64,000 nucleotides of DNA from Candidatus Peribacteria bacterium (lineage in GTDB: Bacteria > Patescibacteriota > Gracilibacteria > Peribacterales > Peribacteraceae). The position numbers were made by a program, and so were the translations under genes. This document shows, piece after piece, positions 50,371 through 59,808 of the stretch (the first letter of the stretch is position 1; the number at the start of each line of letters is the position of its first letter). The stretch spans positions 1-64,000 of the forward strand of contig JBEPVF010000007.1 of the NCBI GenBank assembly GCA_041691135.1, written 5' to 3'. Below the pieces are notes generated by a model, which saw nothing but the letters and a program-made list of their open reading frames with translations, did not search any database and had not been told where the DNA came from.

Positions 50371-51309
50371 TCAGTTCATGACCACCATATCTTCCTTCGC
50401 CGGCAATTTGGTCGCATCCCACGGGCGATTGTCTCCATCGGCGACATACGTGCCCTGCAGGACGGGGGTTTGCTCCGGCAGATACGTCTGCATCCAGCTC
50501 AGTTTTTGAGCGATGGCAACATTGTGTTTGGCCATCTCCTCAAATGCATCGGGCTGCGACAGGTACATGGCGACCGTGTCGGCGAATTCTTCTTCTTCGT
50601 CGGTGGCCGCGTAGCCGGTGACGAAGTCGGCATTCGTCGTGCCGACTTTCCATACTTTATTGGTGGACCACGAGATCTGGAGGAACGACACAAGCGGCGC
50701 GTCGGCGGGGATCGGTGTGTTACCGTCCTTGAATGCACTCGGCGCGCTGCCGGATGTGCCGGCCAGACACGTCAGTCCCTGGAAGTGTCCCAGTGCTTCG
50801 TGCAGGAGAATTTTCTGGAGTTCACTCTTCGGCAGTGTGCCATCGATCATCACGACGCCTTTGCCGGCGAAACCGCGACTGGTAAGCGAGTGATTGTAGA
50901 CGACGTAGAAGTTATCCAACTTAGCCAGACAATCGGGCGGTAACAGATTCAAAACCCGGGCGATCAGTTGTTGATCTTCGGGATGGATATCGGGTTGGTT
51001 GATGACCGCGGGGATGGATGTTGGATTGAGGAGCGATGCAGTGAGAGGAACAGGCGACGGCGTAGGTGCAGATGCAGGTTGCTCCTGGAGCGTGGCATTG
51101 CTGATGGGTAACGGAAGAATCACCTGTGGGTTTGGCTTGAGAACAAACGCGACCCGTATCAGCTTGGGATTTGTGGCCGCTTGGAGCAGAGGAGAAGCCG
51201 CGACTTCCCTTGATCCGTGCGTGCTGTCTGCTACGATAAGCAGTACCTGCAGCGAGAGCGTGACAACTCCAAGGAGGAAACCGGCAAGGACAGTCTGAGA
51301 GCGTTTCAC
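50371..51309 (-). CDS. Membrane-anchored putative zinc metallopeptidase (start uncertain)
   Basis: LHEALGH, FVTGYAATD.EEEFAD. Confidence 0.75.
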   Translation of the reverse strand: MKRSQTVLAGFLLGVVTLSLQVLLIVADSTHGSREVAASPLLQAATNPKLIRVAFVLKPNPQVILPLPISNATLQEQPASAPTPSPVPLTASLLNPTSIPAVINQPDIHPEDQQLIARVLNLLPPDCLAKLDNFYVVYNHSLTSRGFAGKGVVMIDGTLPKSELQKILLHEALGHFQGLTCLAGTSGSAPSAFKDGNTPIPADAPLVSFLQISWSTNKVWKVGTTNADFVTGYAATDEEEEFADTVAMYLSQPDAFEEMAKHNVAIAQKLSWMQTYLPEQTPVLQGTYVADGDNRPWDATKLPAKEDMVVMN

Positions 51310-51356
51310 GAATTTGGCTGATGGAAAGTATGAATTTATACTATAATCCTTATTAA

Positions 51357-52814
51357 ATGTCAATAGACTCCACTGCGCCTCTTGCCCCAGGGCAGGAGCA
51401 CAAAGTTACGGTCGAGAAACTCACCTTTGGTGGGTCAGGATTGGCTCATATCCAAGGTTTGCCGGTATTTATTCCCGACAGCATTCCGGGTCAGCAGCTC
51501 ACAGTTGTCCTTACCAAGCTCAAAGATAACTATGCCGAAGCCAAGGTGGTGAAGGTCAATCGTAAGGCGAAAGACGAAATCCCGGCCCGTTGCCCCCATT
51601 TCCACGACTGCGGCGGCTGTATATGGCAGAACCTGCCCTACAATAAGCAAATTGAATATAAAGAGGAGATCGTGCGCGAAACATTGGGGCATCTGACGCC
51701 TGTTGATGAAGATGTGCGCAAAACGCTCGTCGGCCGGGTGCTGAACATTGTCCCCAGCCCGCAGGTGTTCTATTACCGCAACAAAATGGAGTTCAGCTTC
51801 GGCTACCAGATCATGCGCAATGAGGAGCGCAACGGAAAGCGCATCTACCTGGATGAAAACCCGACCATCGGCCTGCATCAGCCCGGTCAGTGGTCGACGG
51901 TGGAACCAATCACGGAGTGTCATCTGTACGACGAACAAGTGATGACGTTGCTGGCCGATGTTCGCCGCTTTATGGAGCAGACGCGTCTGTCGGTCTACAA
52001 CCCCAAGACGCAGAAGGGGATGCTCCGCACACTGCTCCTCCGCCGCGGTATCCACACCGGCGAACAGATGATCTGTTTCCTGGTGCAAGCCCGCAAGAAA
52101 GAACTGGAGCCGCTCTTCCAACACTTCCTGCGCGCTTTCGGCGGCCGTCCGCATTTGGCATCGCTGCTCATTGTTGAACACATGGGTGCCAACGATAAGC
52201 CGGAAATGCCGAAGATCCACACGCTCATCGGTAAGCCGACGATCAGCGAGCGGCTGTTCGATCTCACGTTTGATATTTCGCCGTTCTCGTTCTTCCAGAC
52301 GAATACACTCGGAGCCGAGAAGCTCTATCGCGCAATCGCCGAGGCAGCGGATCTGTCCATGCGCGATACGGTTCTGGATTTGTACTGCGGCATGGGAACG
52401 ATCGGACAGTACCTGGCGCGCTTCTGCCAAAAAGTAGTCGGCGTCGAGAGCCATCCGTCGGCCATCGAAGACGCGCTCAAGAGCGCTGGCAAGAACAAGA
52501 TCGGCAACATCAGCTTCTACAAAGGCCGCGCCGAGCAGGTGCTTCTGCAGCAGCTGAAGCCGGGTGGCAAATACAAATTTGACGTCATCATCCTCGATCC
52601 GCCGCGGGCCGGTCTGCATCCCAAAGCGCGCGAGACGGTGCTCGAACACAAGCCGAAGAAGATCGTCTACGTCTCGTGCAACACGTCCACGTTCGCCCGT
52701 GATTTGGGCGAGATGCTGAAAGCCGGCTACGAACTGCGCACGGTGCAGCCGGTGGACCTGTTCCCGCACACGGCGCATATCGAAACGGTGGCACTTCTGC
52801 AACGAAAGGATTAG
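51357..52814 (+). CDS. rlmD: 23S rRNA (uracil-1939-C5)-methyltransferase
   Basis: TRAM domain, CPHF..CGGC, YRNK, SFFQTN, DPPRAG, YVSCN, DLFPHT.H.E. Confidence 0.95.
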   Translation: MSIDSTAPLAPGQEHKVTVEKLTFGGSGLAHIQGLPVFIPDSIPGQQLTVVLTKLKDNYAEAKVVKVNRKAKDEIPARCPHFHDCGGCIWQNLPYNKQIEYKEEIVRETLGHLTPVDEDVRKTLVGRVLNIVPSPQVFYYRNKMEFSFGYQIMRNEERNGKRIYLDENPTIGLHQPGQWSTVEPITECHLYDEQVMTLLADVRRFMEQTRLSVYNPKTQKGMLRTLLLRRGIHTGEQMICFLVQARKKELEPLFQHFLRAFGGRPHLASLLIVEHMGANDKPEMPKIHTLIGKPTISERLFDLTFDISPFSFFQTNTLGAEKLYRAIAEAADLSMRDTVLDLYCGMGTIGQYLARFCQKVVGVESHPSAIEDALKSAGKNKIGNISFYKGRAEQVLLQQLKPGGKYKFDVIILDPPRAGLHPKARETVLEHKPKKIVYVSCNTSTFARDLGEMLKAGYELRTVQPVDLFPHTAHIETVALLQRKD

Positions 52815-52847
52815 GGTTTGCCTCCGGACATTTTCTCTTCCTCTGAT

Positions 52848-53351
52848 ATGTCAGTTGAGACGGAATCTTTGATCGATCCTCTTCGGTTGCACATAATCGA
52901 TAAGAATGCAGAGTTATGGGTTCGCCAGCTGCAATTGCTTGAAGATTTCCCGGAGCGGAACAATGCCCCCTTGCTAAGGCAAAAACTTAAGCGCCCCGAA
53001 AACGACGCCATTTTGATATCGCATTATGAAGGAGGGTTTCTCTCTCGTCATGTTCTTGCTGCACTTATCGGCCATCGTCGTTCTGACTTATTCCATATTA
53101 CGATGACGGGTGTGGACGTTCGTATGACTGGTGATCGCGAGCTCAGCAAAATCGCCGACGAATTGAGGAACGAACTTCGCAGATTACAGGAATATCGAGG
53201 ATGGGAGGCTGTGTCGGTAGATCTGCATCCAGAACATCCATGTTTACGTCGTTTGTACGACATGATGGGTGCCGATATAAAGCATGAATCTGAAAGTGGA
53301 GTAAGGACCGCGGTTTGGAATCCATCGCTTGTGGACGCATCGGACTGGTAA
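52848..53351 (+). CDS. Hypothetical protein
   Basis: 167-aa ORF between rlmD and rlmH; no confident motif. Confidence 0.65.
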   Translation: MSVETESLIDPLRLHIIDKNAELWVRQLQLLEDFPERNNAPLLRQKLKRPENDAILISHYEGGFLSRHVLAALIGHRRSDLFHITMTGVDVRMTGDRELSKIADELRNELRRLQEYRGWEAVSVDLHPEHPCLRRLYDMMGADIKHESESGVRTAVWNPSLVDASDW

Positions 53352-53360
53352 GCTGCCCGT

Positions 53361-53828
53361 ATGCAAAAAATCATCTTCCTCACGGTGGGCAAAGTGAAGA
53401 CGGCGTGGATCGCCGAAGGATGTACAGAGTTTGCGCGACGTCTGGGATCAGCCATCGATCTGCAGCGCATCGAACTGACACCCAGCAAGAACCTGGATCC
53501 AAAGAAGTACGCGGCCGAAGAATCGGCGACTATTCAGGAAAAACTGACGAAGTACACGGATGCCGATATCTGGCTGCTCGACGAGAAAGGCAAGACGATG
53601 ACATCGCCGGAATTTTCGTCGACGCTGTCGAAAGCAGAAGACATCGGTCGCACCCTGGTGTTCGTTCTTGGCGGATCCTACGGCACGACAGATGAGTTGA
53701 AGAAGGCGCTGCCACGTCAGTTGAAACTCAGCGACATGACCTTTCCGCATGAGCTGTGTCAGGTGATTTTTCTGGAGCAGGTGTACCGGGCGATCGAGAT
53801 CAAGAAGGGGACGGGATATCACCATTAA
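53361..53828 (+). CDS. rlmH: 23S rRNA (pseudouridine-1915-N3)-methyltransferase
   Basis: LDEKG…SPEF, GGSYG, LSDMTFPH, LEQVYRA…YH. Confidence 0.96.
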   Translation: MQKIIFLTVGKVKTAWIAEGCTEFARRLGSAIDLQRIELTPSKNLDPKKYAAEESATIQEKLTKYTDADIWLLDEKGKTMTSPEFSSTLSKAEDIGRTLVFVLGGSYGTTDELKKALPRQLKLSDMTFPHELCQVIFLEQVYRAIEIKKGTGYHH

Positions 53829-53882
53829 ACGGTGACCGATGTGACCGAGGGGGGCAGAGGTGACAGAAGATACGGCTTTTTC

Positions 53883-53926
53883 AAAACGCCGGCGTCTCCT
53901 CTTGCGAGGGTGGGCCGGCGTTTTTT
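53883..53926. terminator. Bidirectional intrinsic terminator
   Basis: AAAACGCCGGC…GCCGGCGTTTTTT. Confidence 0.75.
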
Positions 53927-54011
53927 CCGAAACAATGTCTCGGAAGTGTGCGCACCGAAGTGCACGAGGTAGCTCTTTGGCATCCGTGTTCACTCCACGT
54001 TCCATTGAAGA

Positions 54012-54587
54012 TCAGGGTTCGTCAGCCTTTTTCTGGCTGATAAGACGGCGCACTCGCTCAGCGAGGAGGGCGCCGTCGAATGGCTTCTTGAACGCGTCGT
54101 TGAATCCGAAGCCGTACAGTTCCTCGCTCGGCTCGTTGCTGGTGAGGGCGACGATGATCGTGGTCTGGTAGGCCTCATTCTTACGCAAGTTCTGTGCGAT
54201 CTGGCCGGCTTCGATCCGGCCGATCGTCAGGTCGATCACGATGCAGTCAGGATGGAAACTCTCGGCACGAACGCCAGCCTCAAAACCCGAGGTGGCCGTC
54301 TCGATCCGGAAGTCGTCGGTTTCCCGAAATTGCTCGCGGAGACTGGCCAGCAGGGGCGCGTCGGCCCCCACGACTAGAATCTTGCCGTAAGCCGCCGTTT
54401 CGAAATTCCCGAGTGGCATTCCATGCTCCTTGAGAAATTGAAGCAAATTCTGTCGAGGAATTCGGCGATCCTGCGACCCGGGGATGCGATACCCGCGCAA
54501 GCGGCCTGAGTCGAACCACTTGCTGACGGTACGTGGCGCGACCTTACAGATCGCGGCCACCTGCCCGGTTGTAAACACTTTTTTCAT
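54012..54587 (-). CDS. Excisionase-like HTH plus receiver-domain regulator (Planctomycetota-type)
   Basis: VFTTGQVAAICKVAPRTVSKWFDSGRLRGYRIPGSQDRRIP; SGFEAG…FHPD…IDL; KKPFD; strong AAGGAGGT SD. Confidence 0.9.
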   Translation of the reverse strand: MKKVFTTGQVAAICKVAPRTVSKWFDSGRLRGYRIPGSQDRRIPRQNLLQFLKEHGMPLGNFETAAYGKILVVGADAPLLASLREQFRETDDFRIETATSGFEAGVRAESFHPDCIVIDLTIGRIEAGQIAQNLRKNEAYQTTIIVALTSNEPSEELYGFGFNDAFKKPFDGALLAERVRRLISQKKADEP

Positions 54588-54813
54588 GGTGTTTACAACC
54601 TCCTTTCTTTGGAAAGAAAAGGAATTGTCCTCCCGCCTAGGGCCAACACGAAAGAACCCGTGATGCGGAAAGAGCTGAAAGTACTGAATTGGTTTTGAGA
54701 GAGTGCGTCAATAATCTCATACGCTCATCACTGTAACAGCGCTGTAGCATTCACAAGAAGGCTGGTGAATGATGTGAATGTCCGTAGACTGATTTCACTC
54801 CTTCTCCTTCATC

Positions 54814-55596
54814 ATGCGTCGATTGGTCCTCTCTTTCTTGTCGGTTTTCCTGATGGTACCGGCGGTACAAGCTGCCACTGTTAAGGCACCGAAATGGGAT
54901 GGTGTTCTCCTCCACGGTATACATCCGGTGATTCTTCACACGACGAAAGGAGATATCACCATCGAACTCGATGCCACGGCCGCACCGAAAACGGTGACGA
55001 ACTTCATCACGCTCGCGAAGGCTGGTTACTATGACGGGCTCACGTTCCATCGGGTGATTCCCACGTTCATCATCCAGGCCGGTGATCCCAATGGCGATGG
55101 CACCGGTGGCGACAGTATCTACGGGCCGACGTTTGAAGATGAGATCAATGCCAACAGCTATGGGCTCGATACGCAAAAATTGAGTGATAGGGCGCAGGGG
55201 CAATTTATGCCGGATGCATTGAAAAATATGACTCTGAAGCAGTACAACGAACAGAATGGGTACACCTACAACGATGCGCTTCCGTCACTTCGCCTGACGC
55301 AGGGTTCTGTTGCGATGGCGAATCGCGGTCCCAATACCAATGCCAGCCAGTTCTTCATCACTCTAGGTCCTGATTTGCAAGAACTTGAAGGTAAGTACAC
55401 GGTCTTCGGTCGTGTAACAAAAGGCATGGATGTCGCTACCAAGATTGCAGCGGTTGATACTGATGAAGCCACGAATAAACCCAAGACACCCATTACCTTC
55501 ACGGTCGAGGTGCACAAAACAAAGGCAGATAGTCTGCACCAGAATGCACTCAAGCGGCGTCAGAAGCGGATGAGTGTTGGCGGAAAAGGGAAGTGA
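54814..55596 (+). CDS. Secreted cyclophilin-type peptidyl-prolyl isomerase
   Basis: APKTVTNF, YYDGLTFHRVI, AMANRGPNTNASQFFI, YTVFGRV. Confidence 0.95.
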   Translation: MRRLVLSFLSVFLMVPAVQAATVKAPKWDGVLLHGIHPVILHTTKGDITIELDATAAPKTVTNFITLAKAGYYDGLTFHRVIPTFIIQAGDPNGDGTGGDSIYGPTFEDEINANSYGLDTQKLSDRAQGQFMPDALKNMTLKQYNEQNGYTYNDALPSLRLTQGSVAMANRGPNTNASQFFITLGPDLQELEGKYTVFGRVTKGMDVATKIAAVDTDEATNKPKTPITFTVEVHKTKADSLHQNALKRRQKRMSVGGKGK

Positions 55597-55665
55597 TAGT
55601 GTAAGCGGTATTTTAAAAAACCCGCGCGCAGCCCGGAGGCAACGCACGGGGACCGTCGTCGATCA

Positions 55666-55860
55666 TTATGCAGCGACCACGTTCGAGGCCTTGGGGCCCT
55701 TCTCGCCTTTTTCAAGGTCGAACTGCACCGTCTGGCCGATCTGCAAACTGTCATACTGACCGTTGCAGGCGCTGTTGTGAAAAAATACATCGTCGGATCC
55801 TTCGACGGAGATAAAACCGAAACCCTTATCGGTCTTCGTTTTGATAGTTCCTGTTGCCAT
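55666..55860 (-). CDS. cspA: Cold-shock protein
   Basis: KGFGFI, DVFFH, GEKGPKASNV. Confidence 0.93.
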   Translation of the reverse strand: MATGTIKTKTDKGFGFISVEGSDDVFFHNSACNGQYDSLQIGQTVQFDLEKGEKGPKASNVVAA

Positions 55861-56191
55861 GGAGTAGAAATAAAAGATAAAAATGTCTGTAAGACAAGTG
55901 ATCGTACCCTGTTTCTGTCGATAAAGCTATCGAATATTTGTCAATCTGGGGCGATGGGATTTTTGGGTCGCTCGGACCTTCCTCTATCTCCGTTCTCCTC
56001 GTGGAGCGAGAATTACTACTTTTTCCCAAGAAAAAGCAGCTTCTCGTCGCGAAGAAGAGAAAAATGGAGTACGGTCGCTGTACGCATGTTGCGGGTTCTT
56101 CCTCTCCCTCTTTATTCAAAAACGACGCGATGTTTGCCTGGTGGGCGGATGCGGCAAGGCTACTAACGGAAAACACTACTGCGACAAGCAT

Positions 56192-56350
56192 ATGACGCCC
56201 GGACAGCGGAGGCAATTGACGAGCGAACTCAGCGCGCTCATTCGGTCGGATTGCTGCGACGAAAAATGCGTGGCGGGCAAACTACACGACAACGGCGAGC
56301 AATATTGCAGCAAGTGCAAGGAGCCGTGCTGCTGGAGGACGGCAAAGTGA
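56192..56350 (+). CDS. Small Cys-rich protein (start uncertain; may extend to 56141 or further upstream)
   Basis: SDCC…YCSKCKEPC zinc-ribbon-like. Confidence 0.55.
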   Translation: MTPGQRRQLTSELSALIRSDCCDEKCVAGKLHDNGEQYCSKCKEPCCWRTAK

Positions 56351-56428
56351 GAATGACCAGAAAATCCGTCACCTGTTTGTCGGTGCGTCGGGCGCCCAGT
56401 ACAATTTTACGTATTCTTCCCATTACGT

Positions 56429-56821
56429 ATGACTGAACTGAAGAGCAACTCCGTCGGCTGGTTCGAAATTCCGGTTGAGGACATGGACCGCGCAACTACA
56501 TTTTACGAAGCGGTCTTCGCCTGCACTCTCGAGCATCACGATATGGGGCCGCTGCAGATGGCGTGGTTTCCGTCGGTGGAGAACGGCAAAGGTTCGGCCG
56601 GTGCACTGGTGAAGCACAGCGACTGGTATCGTCCCTCCGATTTTAACGGTGTGATGATCTATTTCACCGCGCACTCGGGAGATGTGGCTACCGAACTCGG
56701 ACGCGTCGAACAAGCAGGTGGCAAGATTCTGCAGCAGAAAAAATCCATCGGCGAATATGGCTTTGTCGCCTTCTTCCTGGATTCCGAAGGCAATCGCATC
56801 GGGTTGCATTCCAGGGTCTGA
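56429..56821 (+). CDS. VOC/glyoxalase family protein
   Basis: WFEIPV.D..RA..FY, AGGKI, DSEGNRIGLHS. Confidence 0.93.
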   Translation: MTELKSNSVGWFEIPVEDMDRATTFYEAVFACTLEHHDMGPLQMAWFPSVENGKGSAGALVKHSDWYRPSDFNGVMIYFTAHSGDVATELGRVEQAGGKILQQKKSIGEYGFVAFFLDSEGNRIGLHSRV

Positions 56822-56835
56822 TATATCGGTCGCTG

Positions 56836-57594
56836 CTAGCGGATCAATGACTTGATCGTCGGTAGCATGGCGTTGGCCCACAGCTGGTAGCCCAATCCTG
56901 TCAGATGCAGGCCGTCAAACAGAATGTCCGGCCCCACATTTCCGTTTGCATCAAGGAAGGCCGATCCCACGTCTAGGTACGTGATGTTCTTGTCGGCCAT
57001 TGTTTTGATCCGATTATTGATGGCGGTGATTTTTGAACGAACGGGATCGTATGCTTTTCCGCCTCGCGGGAAGATTCCCAATAGTAGAACTTTTGCCTGA
57101 GGTCGCTTCTGCCGGAGCTGCGCGATTACGGCGCCTATTTGTTCGACGATGTCATCATCCGATCTCAGCATTAGATCATTCGTGCCTATCAGCATGACAA
57201 AAAGTTTGGGATCCATACTTCCCAGTAGCTTTCCTTTCTCCAAATGCCACTGCAATTGTGCAGCCTGCTCGTTGTTGATGCCGAAATCGGCTGCATTAAG
57301 CGGCGCTAACGCCGTATCCCAGGTCTGTTTTCCGAATGTTTCCCATCCCTGCGTGATCGAATCGCCCAGAAACACAATAGTGGGTTTGATCGTCGCACTT
57401 GCCTGGATCAGAGAGGGAAAACGGCTGCTGTCCTTCTCCGTATAGGCAACATATTTTATGATCGGCGGCGATTGAACGGGCGGCAGCTGCACGGGGATTG
57501 ATCGCATCAATATCAGCGCTAAGACCAGATTTTCGGCGCTCACTACAAAAATGATGAGCAGGGGATCCAGTAGTGAGTGTTTGTGCAAATTCAT
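56836..57594 (-). CDS. SGNH/GDSL hydrolase (PAF-acetylhydrolase-like)
   Basis: FLGDSITQGW, IGTND, LLGIFPRG, DGLH. Confidence 0.9.
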   Translation of the reverse strand: MNLHKHSLLDPLLIIFVVSAENLVLALILMRSIPVQLPPVQSPPIIKYVAYTEKDSSRFPSLIQASATIKPTIVFLGDSITQGWETFGKQTWDTALAPLNAADFGINNEQAAQLQWHLEKGKLLGSMDPKLFVMLIGTNDLMLRSDDDIVEQIGAVIAQLRQKRPQAKVLLLGIFPRGGKAYDPVRSKITAINNRIKTMADKNITYLDVGSAFLDANGNVGPDILFDGLHLTGLGYQLWANAMLPTIKSLIR

Positions 57595-57687
57595 TGGCGG
57601 CTGATGACGAGAGAAGGATGATCGTCATCACGTATCGTATCTTCTGCCTTTCCGTGCGTCACTGGAAGTCGTTGGACAGAGAGCCCA

Positions 57688-58266
57688 CTACCATACGAAT
57701 GGAATGAGGGCCTTCGTCCGTGCTTTGTATGCCGGGTAGGCATCGGGGAAATGCTGCGTCAGAAGTTTCTCTTCATCTTTTGCTTTGAGCGAAAAGCCGA
57801 TGGCCACGAATACGAGAACAAGAAAAAAGCTCGCTGAGCCATACCAAATTGCTTCGCCCAGAAACAGGAGCAGCAGACCGGAGTAGATGGGATGACGGAC
57901 AACGGCATACGGACCGCGTTGAATAAGTTCATGGTCCTGTTTGAATGTGACAGAGGCGCTCCAATTGCTGCCCAGTATCACGCGCGACCAGAGCATCAGC
58001 AGCAGACCACACCCGGCGATGATATCGGCGATGATGCCGACTGTGAGCGAGTAGGGCCAAAGTCTGAGATTCGTAAACGAGAAGAAATGGCCCAGGATCA
58101 GCACGGCAAAAATGGCAATACACATGCGAAACAAAATCTGCTTACTCGACCGACTTACTTCCACCGTTTGCTTTACCGAAAATGAAGCGATGATCCAGAA
58201 AATGAGGAAGACCGCCCAGCAGCCGAGAATGAATTGGCCGGTGGAGACACTGGTGATGGGAGGCAT
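57688..58266 (-). CDS. Isoprenylcysteine carboxyl methyltransferase family membrane protein
   Basis: LGSNWS, GPYAVVRHPIYSG, EEKLL…F..Y..Y. Confidence 0.92.
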   Translation of the reverse strand: MPPITSVSTGQFILGCWAVFLIFWIIASFSVKQTVEVSRSSKQILFRMCIAIFAVLILGHFFSFTNLRLWPYSLTVGIIADIIAGCGLLLMLWSRVILGSNWSASVTFKQDHELIQRGPYAVVRHPIYSGLLLLFLGEAIWYGSASFFLVLVFVAIGFSLKAKDEEKLLTQHFPDAYPAYKARTKALIPFVW

Positions 58267-58360
58267 GACTCTATTGTACGTCTGGAAAGATGTGAGTCAG
58301 CGGAATTGCCGAGAAAATGGCTATTATGCATTCTTACCGTCTTAACCTATACTTATTCCT

Positions 58361-58858
58361 ATGAATGTTGAGACGATCATTATCCGGCGCAGCCCTGTGA
58401 TGGCGATTTTTCGATTGGTTGTGGTGCTCGTCGTGCTTTCTCTCATCTTTGCTGCCGCTTTTTCATTCATCGGAAATGACACTACCGATAGCAGACAACT
58501 GCAGATGTTGCATGTGCAACTGCTTGCCATCTATTCCATCCTTTCCATTCTGTTGGCGATTGTCATTCTATGGCAATGGGCGTTTGAATGGTTTGAAGTA
58601 CGCGAGGGATTAATGGTGCATCACAAAGGGATCATCTTTCGCCGCACAACCGGGACATCGCTCCAGCATTTGGAGGAAATCAGCGTACGCGAAGGACTCT
58701 TTGGTCGAATTCTCAAGTATGGCACTCTTGTATTGCACAATCCGATGCTTAAGCAGCAGGTTACATTGCATGATGTGCTGGATCCGCTTGTGCAAGCACG
58801 AGCGCTCAGAAGCGCGATTGGTAAACAGGGAGAGAGAATTGTGCCTTTGGCACAGTAG
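58361..58858 (+). CDS. Membrane protein with a bacterial PH (bPH_2) domain
   Basis: Two TM helices then KGIIFRR…GLFGRILKYGTL. Confidence 0.8.
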   Translation: MNVETIIIRRSPVMAIFRLVVVLVVLSLIFAAAFSFIGNDTTDSRQLQMLHVQLLAIYSILSILLAIVILWQWAFEWFEVREGLMVHHKGIIFRRTTGTSLQHLEEISVREGLFGRILKYGTLVLHNPMLKQQVTLHDVLDPLVQARALRSAIGKQGERIVPLAQ

Positions 58859-58924
58859 ACAGGAATCAGTAAAAATTGGGGCAAAAAATTGCAAACTATG
58901 CAGCACTGTAATGCGCACTAAAAC

Positions 58925-58954
58925 AAAAAAGGCCCGATGGATATTCCATCGGGC
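58925..58954 (-). terminator. Intrinsic terminator
   Basis: GCCCGATGGA-TAT-TCCATCGGGC with T-tract on the minus strand. Confidence 0.75.
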
Positions 58955-58986
58955 GGCCTCGTTCTCGTTGGCTGTCCAAACTCCTT

Positions 58987-59505
58987 TTAGCAGGTGAAGT
59001 TGGCAACCAGGAATTGTCCGTATGCGCATGTTTCCGGCCCCAGCCAGCCACGCTTTCTGGTGAGCTGTGCGAAGTACTGCTGCACAGCAGAGGACTTGCC
59101 GCTGAGGCTGAATATCAGTCCGCTGCCACGCACATGGTTTGCGTGGATAGACAGTGGAAGCTGACGGTAGACGGACATCTCGGTCACGTCGGTTTTGAGG
59201 AAGAGGTAGAGCCCGTCATTTTCCATGTGACGGGGGCCGTGGAAGTAGGCCATTTCCTGGCTTGCTTCCTCTCTCACTCGATTGTCTTGTGGACCAAAAC
59301 CTCTGGCGGTCCAATACAAGTCGAAGTACCGACTGAGGAAGGCAATCCGTTGCCTTCGGGATTCCTCTTTTAGCAGTTGTTTGACTTCATTGCTTGTTCC
59401 GTCAGTGCTCGACGGAATAATGAGCGCCACCTCCGTATCTGTGCGCTCTTTATTACGACGAGCAAGGATTTGCTGCAACGTGACGTTCTTGCCTTTGCCC
59501 CACAC
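58987..59505 (-). CDS. Hypothetical protein (start uncertain)
   Basis: ~172-aa ORF, GAGG before GTG, own terminator. Confidence 0.6.
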   Translation of the reverse strand: MWGKGKNVTLQQILARRNKERTDTEVALIIPSSTDGTSNEVKQLLKEESRRQRIAFLSRYFDLYWTARGFGPQDNRVREEASQEMAYFHGPRHMENDGLYLFLKTDVTEMSVYRQLPLSIHANHVRGSGLIFSLSGKSSAVQQYFAQLTRKRGWLGPETCAYGQFLVANFTC

Positions 59506-59808
59506 GGGTTTTGCCCTCAAAACTAACAAACGACGAGAAAAAGAACGAGCCCCCCTAGGGGGTATCGGACTCTACCAATAGGAAACAAGAGAAGCCATTA
59601 AATTGATGCATCTTAGTGGCAGCCCAAAGGCTCGTGATAACAAACTCTGTGCTTTGGGAGGTGATCGATTGGTACAAAGTCCTGAATGTCTTATTGAAGC
59701 CAGAAACGGAATTCGTGATCTGAGAGAAGGACTTGAATATCCGAAAACTATCGGGCGTCAACAGACACTTCTTCGTTTTTTTACGGAAGAAGCGATAGAC
59801 TGGCGTTT

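Noticed and set aside
51435-52802. 455-aa minus-strand ORF
   Set aside because: Antisense shadow of rlmD
54012-54587. Prophage excisionase
   Set aside because: The HTH is fused to a receiver domain, and there are no integrase or phage genes nearby
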